A DNA stretch of 64,000 nucleotides from Amoebidium appalachense (taxonomy: Eukaryota; Protista; Ichthyosporea): contig CAVNZM010000005.1 in the NCBI GenBank assembly GCA_963693365.1, forward strand, positions 5,711,167 through 5,775,166, in the 5' to 3' direction. This document shows, piece by piece, positions 1 to 13,765 of the stretch; the stretch's first letter is position 1; each line of letters opens with the position of its first letter. The notes beneath the pieces were generated by a model. That model was given only the letters and a program-made list of their open reading frames with translations, was not told the origin of the DNA and did no database searches. A program made the translations under genes and the position numbers.

Positions 1-2310
1 TTATTGCATCCCGTATTAGAGTTGCTCGCAGAGGTTCAACCTCCAGCTCACATAATAGACACATATGTACATGAAGTATTAGCATTGCGTCAATATTCGT
101 ATCTAACTAGTACTCGGTGCATCATTTGTGTCCTACCTAGGTAATGCACGTGTACAGTGCAGCGACAGATGCGTGCGTGATAGCTTATTGCAAACATTCA
201 TACCGTCTGAAAGATACTAACTAACTAATAATAATAATAGCCTCGTGTGAATTCGAACTGTACAACTGGCCTTCAAATTCTATGCGTTAGCTGTGCTCTA
301 ATCTACTATCTATGATTTATTATGACTTTAGTGCAAATTCTCCCCAAAAACTTATAACACCGAGCACCAAACTGCCACACAAAGAAGAGGCCATTCAGCT
401 CAATCTGTACTTTACACCAACGTTAAACGCTTCTGCGCTCATCCATTTAAGCCTGAGAATTATAAACACTAACAGCCACAAGTAATGAGTACCACTAGCG
501 TCATAAACGCCACCACAAATCATGAATCCCGCGCGCCAACCAGCCCTATCTATCAGCAGAGTCTCGATCGTCCCGCGGACGCGCCACTGCCGCCAACATT
601 ATTATGGCTGGTGCACGGCTACACTGTGAGCAGCCACGATAACGTGCACGTGCCTTGATTTACCGGGCTGGTAGTTCGCTGATCAGAATCGTCATGTTTA
701 TGCACGCCGAAAGGGCTTCTGGAAAGAGGAAGCACGCTCACACTAGTGCCAATAACAACTGTTTGATCTGTGCTGGTTGGGGGCGGAGAAATTGATCTAG
801 GGAGTAGGGAGGCGCCGGCGGTGGTGGGCACGCCCTGTTGTTGTGCAATAATATTGCTGATTGCGGCGGTCCAATTATTGCTTTTGCTCTGGCTGTGACC
901 CATTGTGGCTGATTTAGGGGAAAGAGAGCTAGCGAGAGGATGATAGTTGTGATGATGTTCGTTTGAGTTTGTTGTTGATCTGGTCGAAGTGAATCCCAGG
1001 ATGTTGGTTTATAAATTAAAGGACAGATGCCGTTAGCCAATCAGCTGTGACTTTCGGCTTATGTTTACAGATTAGAATTTCCGGGGATGCGATGACGTCA
1101 GGGTACGAAATTTCTTCTGCCCCTCTCCCCACCCCCCCACGCTCTGAGATCTTTCCCTCCCCCTCCCGGAATCCCCCCTCCCCCCTCCCCCCCTCCCCCC
1201 TCCCCACCCCCTCTCCCCTCACCCGTGCCTTGCCATTCTTCCGTATCTTCCTGCTCTCCTGAAACGGACCGTATTTGATACAAACAACAAACGTGCTCCA
1301 ATCCGGAAACGCCTGTGACAGTGTGGCGCTACATGTACAGTACAAGGTTCCTGGTTAACGTTCACGCCGCAAACACGTGATCGATCGTCACATATGTGCG
1401 GTACTACGCAAACATACCACACATGTACACAGGGTGTTACACACACCATATACATGTGCAGAGACACACACGTACCCCGACGCACACATGACTGAATGGC
1501 ACCGCGCTTGGCAGTACACTGACCTGCAAAGGTACATGTACATGTGTACCTACGTATCCCTCCTCCCTCCCCTCCCCCCCCACCCCACCCCCCACCCCCC
1601 CCCCCCCCACCCCCCCCCCCTCCCTCCCGCGCCCCCAGGCAGCCAGGGGGAGGCCGCACTCACTCCGGTGTCAAGGTCATCGCATACCAGGCAACATTCC
1701 CGTCACCCTACTAACTAAACCAGATTGACCAAGGATTACCACACGGATACATAGCCGGCAAGATGGAGGAGGCCCCCCGGGCATGTTCGTCCTCACGTCG
1801 GCCCCACGGGTGCTCCCGGCGGGAGGAACCCCCTCAATTGTAACAGGAGGCATGCCCAGTCCTCGATACGGGCAGTAAGGAGCAACACAAGGAGTCTGTC
1901 AATGGATACACTATGCGCACCATATGCATATGCACAACTTCCGAATATATATATTGAGACCACCCCTCCGTCAGCAATAACCATCATCGGCGATTGCCCC
2001 ACATGTATCCCCCCGTTGTCTGACTCTCAGCAACCGGAAACCACTTCCCACCTATGATCATACTCGGCACACGAGCACCGTCCGGGAGGTACCCACCCTG
2101 TAATAAAACTGACATCATGGTATGCACCCTAAATTCTTTCCACACACGGCGCCCCAGAACCCCACGGACCATCACAAGCACACGGCAGCCACGGTGGTAG
2201 CCCAGTGTGAATGGATAAGTATAAGATGGATGGGCGGAAATTTTTTTATAAATGACCACCCGGACCCCGTGGGTCGATGCTGGGCCGGGGTAAAACCCCT
2301 AGCTAGGCTA

Positions 2311-4770
2311 CAGATACCGTCCGCGAATAAGAACCCCCGCCAATAAGACTTCGCCCCCGGCAAAATCAGTTTTTTTTATTTTAGATTCTGCCCCCCAGCA
2401 AGTTTTCGGGGTGATCTTATTGGCGGACGGATGAATAGATCATACTCACGGGTGTTTCTAGATAGCCGTGATCATACTGGATGGTAAGATTCTGACCCCG
2501 ACCCTCCAAAAATTTTAAGGCCGGCTGAGTTTGGGGCTGAACTGGGGGCACACTTTACCGCAGATGCGGTATGGCAGTTAGTCTCCCGCTACCCGTCCCG
2601 CAAAGCGTGTGGGCCGGACGGCATCCCTATGGCACTACTTAAGGTACTCATTCCACCCCGCCCCGAGAAAGACGAACAACGTGGCCCGCCGCCACCCCTT
2701 GCGTGTATTCTTAGCGAATTGTTTAGCTGGTATTCTGATGTCGGTAAAGTGCCCTCGGAGTGGCTGGACACCATAGTGTTTCCCATCAAGAAAACGGTTG
2801 CACGGGGTCCCAATCACGAATTTCGCCCTATCACACTTACGTCCGTCTTTCGCCGATTGTTCGAAAGTGGCCTTCTACAGGCCTTTTCTCGTAATCCCAC
2901 CCTTAAGCAGGCTTCCCAGCTGAGCCCACTTCAGGCGGCGTTTCGGAATCGTCACTCATGTTACGCTCAAATTCTCACACTACACAACGCAACCCAAGGT
3001 GATACCGAGCACCTCGTCTTTATCGACTTCAAGAATGCGTACGACACGGTCGACCTCCCTCGCTTGTGGGCCAAGTTGGCCACCCGTGGTGTCCCATCCC
3101 AAATGGGTCGGCTACTGGAAGCTATGTTAACGTTTACGCGCGGACGGGCGGTGGTTACTGTAATGGGCGGCTGTCCCCGGGATTTACATGCACGCGCAGG
3201 GTACTACAGGGGTTCCTGCTAAGCCCACTGTCTTCTTTTCAACCTGTATATTGACGATTTGGCTGACGCCCTTTCTGCGGCACAAATTGACGGGGGGCTG
3301 CCTTCCAAGGCCCCACCCGCCCTCTTTTTCGCCGACGATATTGTGCTTATGTCATCGGATCCTATCGAATTACGGCAATATATACGTGTGGTTGAACACT
3401 GGTGCCAGCGTAATGATATGAAGGTTAACATTAAAAAGTGTGCCCTTTTATCAAAATCCATCCCAACCTGGGACGACGTTTGTATTTTCGGCAGTCCCCT
3501 CCCTCGCCCAATCGAATACAAGTATTTGGGGATTCCGGTGGACGAATGGGGCATATGTTTCAAACGGATGATCGACCGTCGGGTGGAGAGTGCAGGCAGG
3601 TGTCTTCGGTTATTTTGGGATGTGTATCTTGCTAATCTTTCTAATACTGTACACCTATACAACCGTCTTAGTATATTCGCACATATATTCGCCCTTTGTC
3701 TGAATACGGGTTGCCCTTACTAGCTTTGGCACCCCCTGATACTGTTGATAATGTCCTCCAATTAATAGATGATTTCCACTACACAACTTGTTGTACGTTT
3801 CTCACTGGTCTTTCCACACCTATCCCTAGACGCCTTTTTGATTCTCGCTACGCACTCACACCACCATCACAACGCGTACACGAATTAGCCCTTAAATTTC
3901 ACGAGCACACCGCCTGTCCGCTTGTGCCCCGGACCACCCGCTCTTCCGGCTACACGCATCCCCGCCGGACTCGCCTCTCTACCTCTTCCCTTCCACATCG
4001 TCTCTGCCCATTGTCGAGCGTTATGCGGAATGGCTGGCGACCCCACCGGAGGTACAGCTAGCTCATAGTGTGAATATGAATAGTTTCACGTCTATGGCTG
4101 ATAGATATCTTTTTACTCTACGTGTTGAGTCCCTTCCTGTGTTAGGACCGCAAAAACACCAACTACTAGTAGTCTATATGGCGGATACGGTTAGAGAGTC
4201 TCGTTCCTACATAGATTCGTTTATTCGTAATGTGGTGTGGTGTAAAAGCGCAAAGATGATTATGGCTTGGCGGTGTAATCGGTTTCTGGTGTCTCCTGCT
4301 CGTATGTGTAATATGTGTGGGGGGCGGTTTACTCGCGGATGCATATCTATCAATAAGTGTAACCTGTTAGCTAACGTAATAGAACCGGAGGTTATTGGCG
4401 GTTTTATTCTCTTTTCTCCCTCTCTTCCTCAATATATCCGTTTTAAAATGACTATCCTAGATCACCTTATTAATGCTGCACAGTATGATATTGTGATACA
4501 GTGCCTTAACTTTCTTTCGGAGCTACCGATGCTAGCCTCTGCTTACCCATAATATGTAATAGGGGTGTCGTATACTACGATGGCGCTAATTGTTGCCTAG
4601 CATGTACATATGTCACTAGCTGCACTTGATTGGCTGCGCTGGAAAACGCAGTAGGCCGTCGAGTGTGGCTGGGCCCCCGGCAGCTTCCACGCAATAAAAA
4701 GTGTGTAAACCCCATTTAAGATTCCGGGGGTTCCGGGGTTCCGGGGGTTCTTATTCGCGGACGGTATCTG
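2311..4770. mobile_element. Pair of perfect 29-bp terminal inverted repeats (DNA-transposon/MITE-like ends) bracketing the RT
   Basis: 2311-2339 CAGATACCGTCCGCGAATAAGAACCCCCG is the exact reverse complement of 4742-4770. Left end is preceded by TA, right end followed by TT. A degenerate inverted copy sits at 2415-2430, a direct sub-repeat at 2337-2348, and TTCCGGGG(G) x3 at ~4722-4750. Confidence 0.75.
2489..4552 (+). mobile_element. Non-LTR retrotransposon reverse transcriptase (5'-truncated, frameshifted ORF2 remnant)
   Basis: Ordered non-LTR RT motifs across frames: FTADAV..RKACGPDGIP (~2555-2628), IVFPIKK, FRPITLTSVFRRLFE, QAAFRNRHSC, LVFIDFKNAYDTVD, VLQGFLLSPL, catalytic FFADDIVL (~3325), KCALL, EYKYLGIPVD; C-terminal CNMCGGRFTRGC. 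Split over ORFs 2629-3222, 3259-3723, 3696-4061, 4070-4552. No endonuclease domain recognised. Confidence 0.9.
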
Positions 4771-4850
4771 TTTGTGTACATGTGTACTAGCAGTTAGGTG
4801 CGTTACAAGTTGTCGATTACCGGATGCATAATGATTAGCACCATAGACTA

Positions 4851-4888
<38 letters not shown>

Positions 4889-5588
4889 AACAAATCGCCA
4901 TAAAAGGGGAAAAAAGGAGGGGAGGGGGGATAAAAAAAAGGGGGGAGGGGGGAGGGGGGGAGGGGGGGGGGGGAGGGGAGGGGGGGGGCACCAAGTGGAT
5001 GAAACGAGACCGGTTTTTCTCACGATCGATGAGCCGAATGCTAGTTGCCACCGGCACCACAGTGACTAATCCTACTACCCATGCCATCATAGCTATGTAA
5101 AACTACGATTTTTGAGTCACACGGGGAAAGTTTTTCTTCACTAGAGTTTGGTACCCACAAAACGCAGCCCTCCCGCACCCACACCCCAAACTGTAACAAC
5201 AATTCACCCATAGTAGACCACCACATGCACACAGATTATTGGAGGTCCATAGAACCCCCCCCCCCCCCCCCCCCCCACCCACACACACACACACACACGG
5301 AGAGCCAGCAACCCGGACGTGCCGGTACACACACAGACCGATCCAGCCGTGGCTGGGGTCACCCACAAGTTGCACCACGGGGGGCTACCAAAAAACAAAA
5401 CGGGACAAAATTTTAATAAAAAAAATTTCTTAAAAAAACCCCCTACATGCGTATCAGTACATGTATTTACGGACACGGTGGGCAGAGGGGAACATTCGTA
5501 CACAGTGATATAGACCACTAACCACGTGCACTGTTGAACCACATGTACATATGTTTAATATGCGTGCGCCTACACACGCACGCACACA

Positions 5589-5628
<40 letters not shown>

Positions 5629-5690
5629 GGCGCGCACACGCGCACACACACGCACACACGCACACACGCACACACGCACACACGCACACA

Positions 5691-5721
<31 letters not shown>

Positions 5722-6650
5722 CGTGGCGTGTGTAATCTTGGCATGTGTACACATACGTACATTTACTCTGAATACGATACGATATTATACGGTATGCAAA
5801 ACACGCCCGTCGCATGAAAACCAACCAATTGTTTTCGATAGACAGCTAGACGAACAACTCACTAGAAATTTGGCACTCCAAAACCGTACTCAGGGCAAAT
5901 ACTACAGTCTGGCTGAGATATGACAATCGTATTCAAATCGCCAAAAAAAGAAAGAAAGGACCATCTTCGGCTACTAAACACGTCATAAAGGAAATATATT
6001 GTCGATTTCATGATTTCCAATGGCTTTGCCCGTTGTTTATGCAAACACACCGCCCAATTAGAAGCCTTCAATAAAAAAAAATCTACTCGGCTTCATCTCC
6101 AAGTCTTGGGTGTGTTAGAGGCCGTCCCACGTGCATTAAATAGACTGGTGCATACAGGGCACATGCACAGGTTAGGAGGGTAGACTGGGAGGTGGGCCCG
6201 CACCCGCCTGGAGGGGTAAGGAGGGAGGGGGGAGGAGAGGGGGGGGAGGGGGGGAGGGGGAAGGGGAGGGAAGGTACACTGTTATGAGACAGAAGAGCTC
6301 GGGTGAATATGACTTAGTAACATGAAGCTAGAAGAGCGAGGAACAAACGGTTCCAAATTAACGGCTAATGGTTCAGTAAAGACTACGTACCCCGACAGAC
6401 TTCATAGATTAGCTGTAGCTGACCCCAAGGACAAATGACGTCACTGAGATACTTCAATATATGGAAGCATCTCATTGCGACGTCACGTGCCATAGCAATT
6501 TAAGCGGGCGGCGGCGGCGGCGGCGGCGGCTAAAATTTGGTAATCTGACAGCGTACATAGTCTGTATTGAACCATTGTTTTTTAAGGGTAGACTATTCCA
6601 GACCGGGCCATTTTTGATTGTTGTTTTTTTTGGGGGGGAGGGGGGTTGCG

Positions 6651-6682
<32 letters not shown>

Positions 6683-7713
6683 TGTGTGTGTGTGCGTGTG
6701 TGCGTGTGTACGTGTGTGCGTGTGTGCGTGTGTGCGTATGTGCGTGCGTGTGTATGTGCGTGCGTGTGTATGTGCGTGCGTGTGTGTGCGTACGTGCGTG
6801 CGGCGGCGTGCGTGCGAGCGTGCGTGCGTGCGTACGATGGTGTGCATGCGTGCGAACGTGGTTAAACACATCTCCTTATGGTTGAAGACGTAAACGCAAG
6901 GCTTTGATTAATCGGAATCCCCAGTAGATACAAAACGAGTTGATATCTTTTGATTTTGTTTCCACATCAGAGAAGGCAAATGGGGAGGGAGTGGGAACCA
7001 TTATTTTCTTTATGTGTGTGGTGGTGGTGGTAGTGGTGGTTGTGAGAGAGGTTGGGGGGGGAGGGGGGGAAGGGGGGGGGGGGGGGGGGGGGGGGATTGC
7101 ATTACAGAGTACGAAGTAAGTTTTCACAAGGGAAAACACGATGCAAATGCTGCAGAAAAGGTGCACATTGCATAGAAGAGGGGTGGCAGGAGACGGAGGG
7201 AGAGGGGGGGGGGGGGGGGGGGGGGGTATTAAACTTTCACAAGGATCGTTTAAAAAATCACTGTTATTGTTTTGGTTAACAGTCTTGTAGTGTCCAGGTG
7301 CCGTGTGACCCGTTATCTTCATGTTTTCATTCATACATACAGATTTACGATACTCGGAACCAACAAAATCTTCTATTAAAACTTCGCTGCATGCATGAAT
7401 GATTCGAGAAATTTAGAGGAACACAGCACATAAGTGGTTACATCAACCAGCAAGGGCACTTTCAATAATACTAATCGAAGTTCAACACGTATCGGTTGGG
7501 TACGTTCTTTAAAAAGACAATATATTACATCTTTAAAGATATTTCTATTCACAAGTACCGCCCAGGTCCCCTATTATGGTGCTCCCTCTCCCTTCTGACT
7601 AATAACATCCTGTTAAATAAAATAAAGATCAAAGAAGTACGTCTTCTTCTTTCTTGACTGTACCGTTTGAATCAAAGCACTTGTAATAAATAAGAAGCTC
7701 ATGGTGGCTATAA

Positions 7714-7988
7714 TTAGGCCTGCTTGTCGTGGTGCTGCTCGACAAACAGCATGTAGAGGAATGTGCCGATGGGGCCGCCAACCAATGGGCCAACGATGGG
7801 AACCCAGAAGTAGTAGTTGCTGGCAGTGAACACCTGGGGGGAGGGCCGGAGAGAAGGGTAAGAATTCTGCATTTGGGAGGTTTTTTGGTTTTTTTAGGAA
7901 ATATCTAACGTCAAATAGTTGGTACTAATTGCCTTATTTTTTTTATTTCTTTTACGGCGTGTGTGCGATATGGGGGGGGGGGGAGGCG

Positions 7989-8044
<56 letters not shown>

Positions 8045-8645
8045 TCTAAATGTTGGAAGGAGGGCTAGGCAGAGAGACGAGTAGCAGCGAGAAATGGGCT
8101 TTAGGGGGGGGGGGGGGGGGGGGAGGGGGGGAGGGGGGGTGAATGGAAAATTTACCTGGGTGCCCCAGCCGGCAATCAGAGTAAACAGGCGGGGACCAAA
8201 GTCACGAGCGGGGTTGATGGCATATCCGGCCTGGATACCGTAAGTTTGACCAATCACAACGACCAGAAGGGCTACGGCAAATGGGCCCTGTGTGCTGCTC
8301 AGACCAACGTTCTTGGAGTCGCCGATGGAAATAATTCCGGCCATAAGAAGAGCCGTACCGACTACCTGGTCCCAGAACGCACCGGCGTTGGAGAGCCAGG
8401 GCTTGGGGTAGGTGGCAAAGATACCGGCGGTAGCCATGGTACTGTTGGGGGGGGGGGGGGGGGGGGGGGATTATGGTAAGAATTTGTGAAAGCGAGTAAT
8501 TAATATTTGTTGCTGCTTTCTTTATTGGGTTTATTGCTAATGATGAAGTCCATTCGGAAAGAAGTGTTACAAGAGTGAGAATTTGGAACATACCACAAGA
8601 GCAAAAAAAAAGACAGAAGGGAAAAGAAGTTTTTTTTTTTTTTTT

Positions 8646-8684
<39 letters not shown>

Positions 8685-8763
8685 ATGCACGCACGTGCGT
8701 TTGTGCGGGTGCGGGTGCCTTTTTTTTTTTTGGGGGGGGGGGGGGGGGTTGGGGGAGGGGGGG

Positions 8764-8806
<43 letters not shown>

Positions 8807-9469
8807 TTCTTACCGGTCGGGGTCGAGTGCGTTGAACCCCTGCAGGTATGTGCTATAGATGACCGCCGCAGCCATAAACGCACCAAAAGTCTGGGCCAGG
8901 GAGTATGGGATGACCTTGCGCCAGGGGAAACCCTTAAAGCACGCGAGAGAGAACGTCACGGCCGGGTTAAGGTGTGCGCCGGAGATTTTCGCGGAAGCAA
9001 GGATACCAAAAAGCACAGCCAGACCCCAAGCAATGTTGATGCTCAACCACCCACCGCCTGGGATGGGGTCGCAGGCCTTCCCCGGCGCACACGCCGTGTT
9101 AAGGAGACCGTTTCCTAGCACGACGTTTGCGACCACACCGTCACCAAACATAATCAGAATGAAGGTGCCCCAAAACTCAGCCGAACATTCCCTCCAAAGA
9201 CCCGTCAGGCAGAACCTTTCGGGAATCCAAGGGATGGGCCGGGGGCCGTCTGGGATAGCCATATCGCTGATGCCGCGGTCTGGTTCACTGCTTGATGCTT
9301 CGCCCATCTGTGGATTTGGCGTGATCTCGTCAGCGTCAAATGTGTGTGTGTGCGCCATGAGTACGCTTCCTGTGGAGTCTACACAGGCACATTTTCCCTT
9401 TAGGGTTTGCTTTTCGGCTTCAAAGGAAATGTTGCATGAACAACCGGCATCATTCAAATTTGTCTCCAT
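7714..9469 (-). CDS. Aquaglyceroporin (MIP family, GlpF/AQP3-like), paralog A, 3 exons, ~353 aa
   Basis: Exons complement(8814-9469, 8156-8441, 7714-7833), GT-AG, phases consistent, 1062 nt. Motifs [54 protein letters not shown]. The Asp after the second NPA (NPARD) is the aquaglyceroporin signature. Start Met at 9469 is the most plausible choice. Confidence 0.95.
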
Positions 9470-9875
9470 TTTGGTTTTTTGGCAACGTGTGCCTGCCTGC
9501 ACACATACGCGTGTGGGCTACTAAAAAGGTAAAAAGAACTCTCCTATTGTCTTGTGCTAGGTACAGCACTATTCAATGCTGGTGTACTACGTTGAATGAA
9601 TGGGTGTGAAGAGAAAGGGGTTTTCGTCATGTGAAAACGATAATAAGCAGTCTAATTTGAGTAAAATAGAGGGGGGGTGCAATGAAATACCTGAACAAAT
9701 TTCTTGCTCATGGGGTCGTCGTGAAGCGACACGGACACGAGTGTTGAGTCCTGGGCCATTTTTCAGGGGGGCTTTTGGCGCCGATAATAAAAACGTGAGA
9801 CGGAGGCTCCAATCGTTAGCTGTGATCCAAATGAGTTCAAGTCAAATCTGATGCCGGAATGGCTGGATGCCACGC

Positions 9876-10646
9876 TTTATATACTCTTTAGTGGAGGCGT
9901 TGACCAATCAAAGAAGTGTACTCGAATGCATATAGAAGGCAAGGTCTATGCGCATGTAAGGTTGCAAATGCGGGGTTCAAGTGGCTCTCTTAACCCTCAG
10001 TATTACAATAAAATAACAAATGTACATCATTAAAACTTTTAAGACCGTTTCTAAACATTTTCGTTGCTATTGTTTAATAATAATAGTTCTATCTGGCAGA
10101 CTCATAATCATGGGCTAAAGTCGTGAGGAGCACTGGCCGCGGCTGATTGGCTGATATCTTGCACCAAGCAGACGGTGTTTCCATTGGCTGCCCAGACTTG
10201 GCAGGATTCTATTGGCCTCGCAGTGCTTGCTGCGAATGGAATGTGGCCGAAGAGCATCTTCTACCAATAGCTAACCGGTTTCTACGGGTTTTGCATTCTT
10301 TAGTGTACACACGAGGATCACGTTTAGGTTTGCGGCCCAACGGGCCGTGGTAGATCCGGGATCCCGCCGGAAGCACAAGAGTTATCGGTGTACAGTTACG
10401 GAAAATTGAACGAATTAACTTACAACTCTAAGCAGGAGTTAAAGAGGTGGAATGCGTATCGTTTGTGTGTGTGCCATAAATGGCTTTGATCAGGTCCTGG
10501 CTCCTGAAAGTGCCGTAGCCTGCTTGAAGCCTCCGACTTCTCGCGACTCTCAAACATCAGCCAATCAATAACTGCCAGTGCTCTTTGTACATAGCACCAT
10601 TTGATTGGTGACGTACGCACCCACAGTGGCTCATGAAGCATCCAAT
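9876..10646 (-). promoter_or_regulatory. Putative promoter of aquaglyceroporin A: TATA box plus multiple CCAAT boxes
   Basis: TATATAAA on minus strand at 9876-9883; CCAAT/ATTGG at 9904, 10146, 10183, 10211, 10264, 10561, 10604, 10642. Confidence 0.45.
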
Positions 10647-11589
10647 TATAACGGAATACGGCTAGAACAACGCCCTCTTGAAGCCACTTGAGTTTGACAG
10701 TGTGCGGGCACCATCAGACCGTCCGCCGTTCCATTTTCTGTAGCGCACGGCGCTACAAAGAAGAGGGAGAATTCGATGGGAAACGAAGTCAGTAGAATCT
10801 TTCACAACAGCGATATCATCATTATGGCGTGCAGGAGCCTAATGCCTAGCCTCCGTGCAAAGCCCGCTGGCTGGCTTCCAAAACGTGCACAATTGTGGCA
10901 GAAATCTTGTGTTCTTCTGTTGGTGTTCTGCCGGTACATGGCCACAGATAGCACAAAACCCCATACCCTCAGCGTGACGCCAGTCTCAGAAGTCACATGG
11001 CCCCGTCATCTCGGGATCATGACGTGATTCGTGTACACGTTTTGTTCCCAGCAGGGGGTGCACGCTGTACAGCAGAGAACAAGTACGCTTTGGCGGCTTG
11101 TGCAGCTTGGGCCCAAGACCTTGGTCCGCTGCATGCACGTACCACGCGTGGCTAGCTAGGCCGATAGGTGTACATGTGCATCCCATTGCGTGCGTGGGCG
11201 TCCGCATAGGGTATTCGAGGTAGCCAGCCGGGATATAGTCTAACCCCACTACAATATGTGTTTCTGTTATTCACGTCTAAGTGTTGATCATGGTAATATG
11301 CCACCAGGGCCGGGGGGGAGATCTAGGGGGGGGGGGGGGGGGGGGGACTGTTGAGGGTGGGGCGTTATGCATTGCATCAGCATTTATATGAATTATTCAC
11401 GTGCGTGTTCAGCAGTTACGGGCACAGCCTCCCCCCCACCCCCCGCCCATCTTCCCCCCCCCGGGCCCTCCCGCCCCATCTTCTCTCTCTTGAAAATTTA
11501 AAGATGTGTGTGGATCTTGTTTTACGGCTTACGCATACCGTGGATGTGAGTGCGCACGTTTGTTGTAAACAGTGTGTGTGTGTGTGTAC

Positions 11590-11687
<98 letters not shown>

Positions 11688-12520
11688 TTGTGTGTGTGTG
11701 TGTGTGCCACGGCGTGTATACGATGTACACCACAGCAATACGTGGTGCCCCCGCGCCCCCCCCCCCCCCCCCCCCCCCCCCCCGGACCCCCTGCACCTTG
11801 ACTCACCCCCCACTCCCTCCTCCCCGCTCCCTCCCCCCCCCCCCCCCCCTCTTCCCTTCCCCCCGACCCCCCATATCCGGCAATGTGGGGCTGAATTCGA
11901 TACATGTATTCATGTATACATATGAAGTGATAAAGAATGGATGCCATGTGCATATGTGTGTGAATATTAGGCATGCAGTTGCAAGCAAATCCGGTGTAAA
12001 TACGTTTACCTCACAAACGTAGTGTTGTTATGTTGTGCATCAAAAGTTTCCCAGACTGCCGCGTCATGCGGGTCATGCATGTGTTCCTGTATCACTGAAA
12101 CCGCTGAATATAGTGGCCATAGACCAGAGAGATTGACTCTGGTAATTCTGCATTTGATTCATACTGCACACATGGCTGACGGTATACACAGCAAATTTTT
12201 CTTCGATTGTTACGTTGTGGAGTTGCATGTAGACATTATGCTTGGTAGTTCAGTTATTCATCGATTACATGCGTGCATTGATCGGTTCTCTCCGTATGAT
12301 CAAGTTATCTATCTAGTGTATTGTATGTTTAAGTTTTCCCCCTCAGACACGAACTATAGCATCGAGTTCCCACTTCTTCCAGATGGGTTCACCTCTGTAC
12401 GTATGTTACTAAAAGGTTCGGTGACAACCTCAGCATTCGTGCGTGCCTACATATTTTTTGCGGGCCGCTATGTACGTGCGTAGCTTATAATTTCCTCAGT
12501 TCTGTTGTCAATAGAGACCA

Positions 12521-13733
12521 CTACAGCTGTGCAGCAGGATGGTGCTGCTCCACAAACAGCAGGTAGAGGAAGCCACCAATTGGACCACCAATGCAGGGCG
12601 CAACCACTGGAATCCACGCCCAGTAGTTGCCTGCAGTGAACACCTGTCCAAAGCAACACGTGTTAAGAAAGCGAAAAAATACCATACGATAGTCCTACTG
12701 CCTGAGCGGAATGCTCTATACCCCCCCTCCTCCCCCCTTCCCCCCCCCCCGCACCCCATCCCCCTCCCTCTCAATCTTCTCGCCTAGGTCGACTTTGCAT
12801 TCCAATCGAAATCCAACACCCGTCTTTGAAAGAAAGACAAACGGAAGGGACCATGGGGGAAGGGACGAGGGATGGGGGGAGCGGGGGTGGGGGGGAGTGG
12901 GGAAGGGGGGCATAAACAACGAGAAATCTGCGCGCAAACCACAAACCAGGCTCAATTTCCTTTGGTGTACCGACATCCTTAATGCCTCTCCCCTCCTCCA
13001 CTCCCTCCTTCAACCCACCACCACCACACGCACACACACATACTACCCGTTCCCCCATCTCCCCCCCCCCCCCCCCCCCCCCCCCCCCCGCCCCCCGCCC
13101 ATTGCCGCCCAAACAACTGTGTCTCGTTCCCTCCTATGATCGGCTGTATGCCCGTGTACTCTATTGTCTTGTCAGGCTTCTAAATTCCCAGTTAACCCCC
13201 CCCCCCCCCCCCCCCCCAAAACCCTTTTCCCCCCTAGTGCTGCCGAAGCTATCTCAGTCCTAAAGGAAATCCATCCCACACCACCTCAACCCCACGTGTG
13301 CTGCATATCGTTTGCCCTAAACAAAAGCTCGTTCTTAGCTTTACCCAACCAAGAAAGTTGTTGAGGAAGGGTGAGGGAAAGGGGTACATAGGCAAAGTGT
13401 CTGAAGGCAAGATATGCCTGCTGGGGGAAAGCACAACACTAGAAGCACACGGGCTGGGGGAGGGAGCCCAAAAAGAACCAGATAATTGCACTTGCTGGTG
13501 ATTCTCTTGTGCGTGTGTATGGGCGGAGGAAGGGGGGGGGGGGGGGGGGGGAGGGATAGACCACTTATGTGTTTGCCCCCCCCCCCCCCCCCCCTCCCCC
13601 CTTGTGTGTGTGTTCTTGTGTGTGTGTGTATGGAAGGAAAAGGGGGGGGGGGGGGGGGGAGGGGGTGGGGGGGGGGGAGGGGGGGGGGGGATAGACCACC
13701 CACGTGTTTGCCCCCACACCCTCCCCCCTCCCC

Positions 13734-13765
<32 letters not shown>

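Noticed and set aside
485-1040. Short ORFs at window start
   Set aside because: No recognisable motifs or consistent splice structure.
8859-9524. 221-aa plus-strand ORF
   Set aside because: Antisense shadow of aquaglyceroporin A exon 1.
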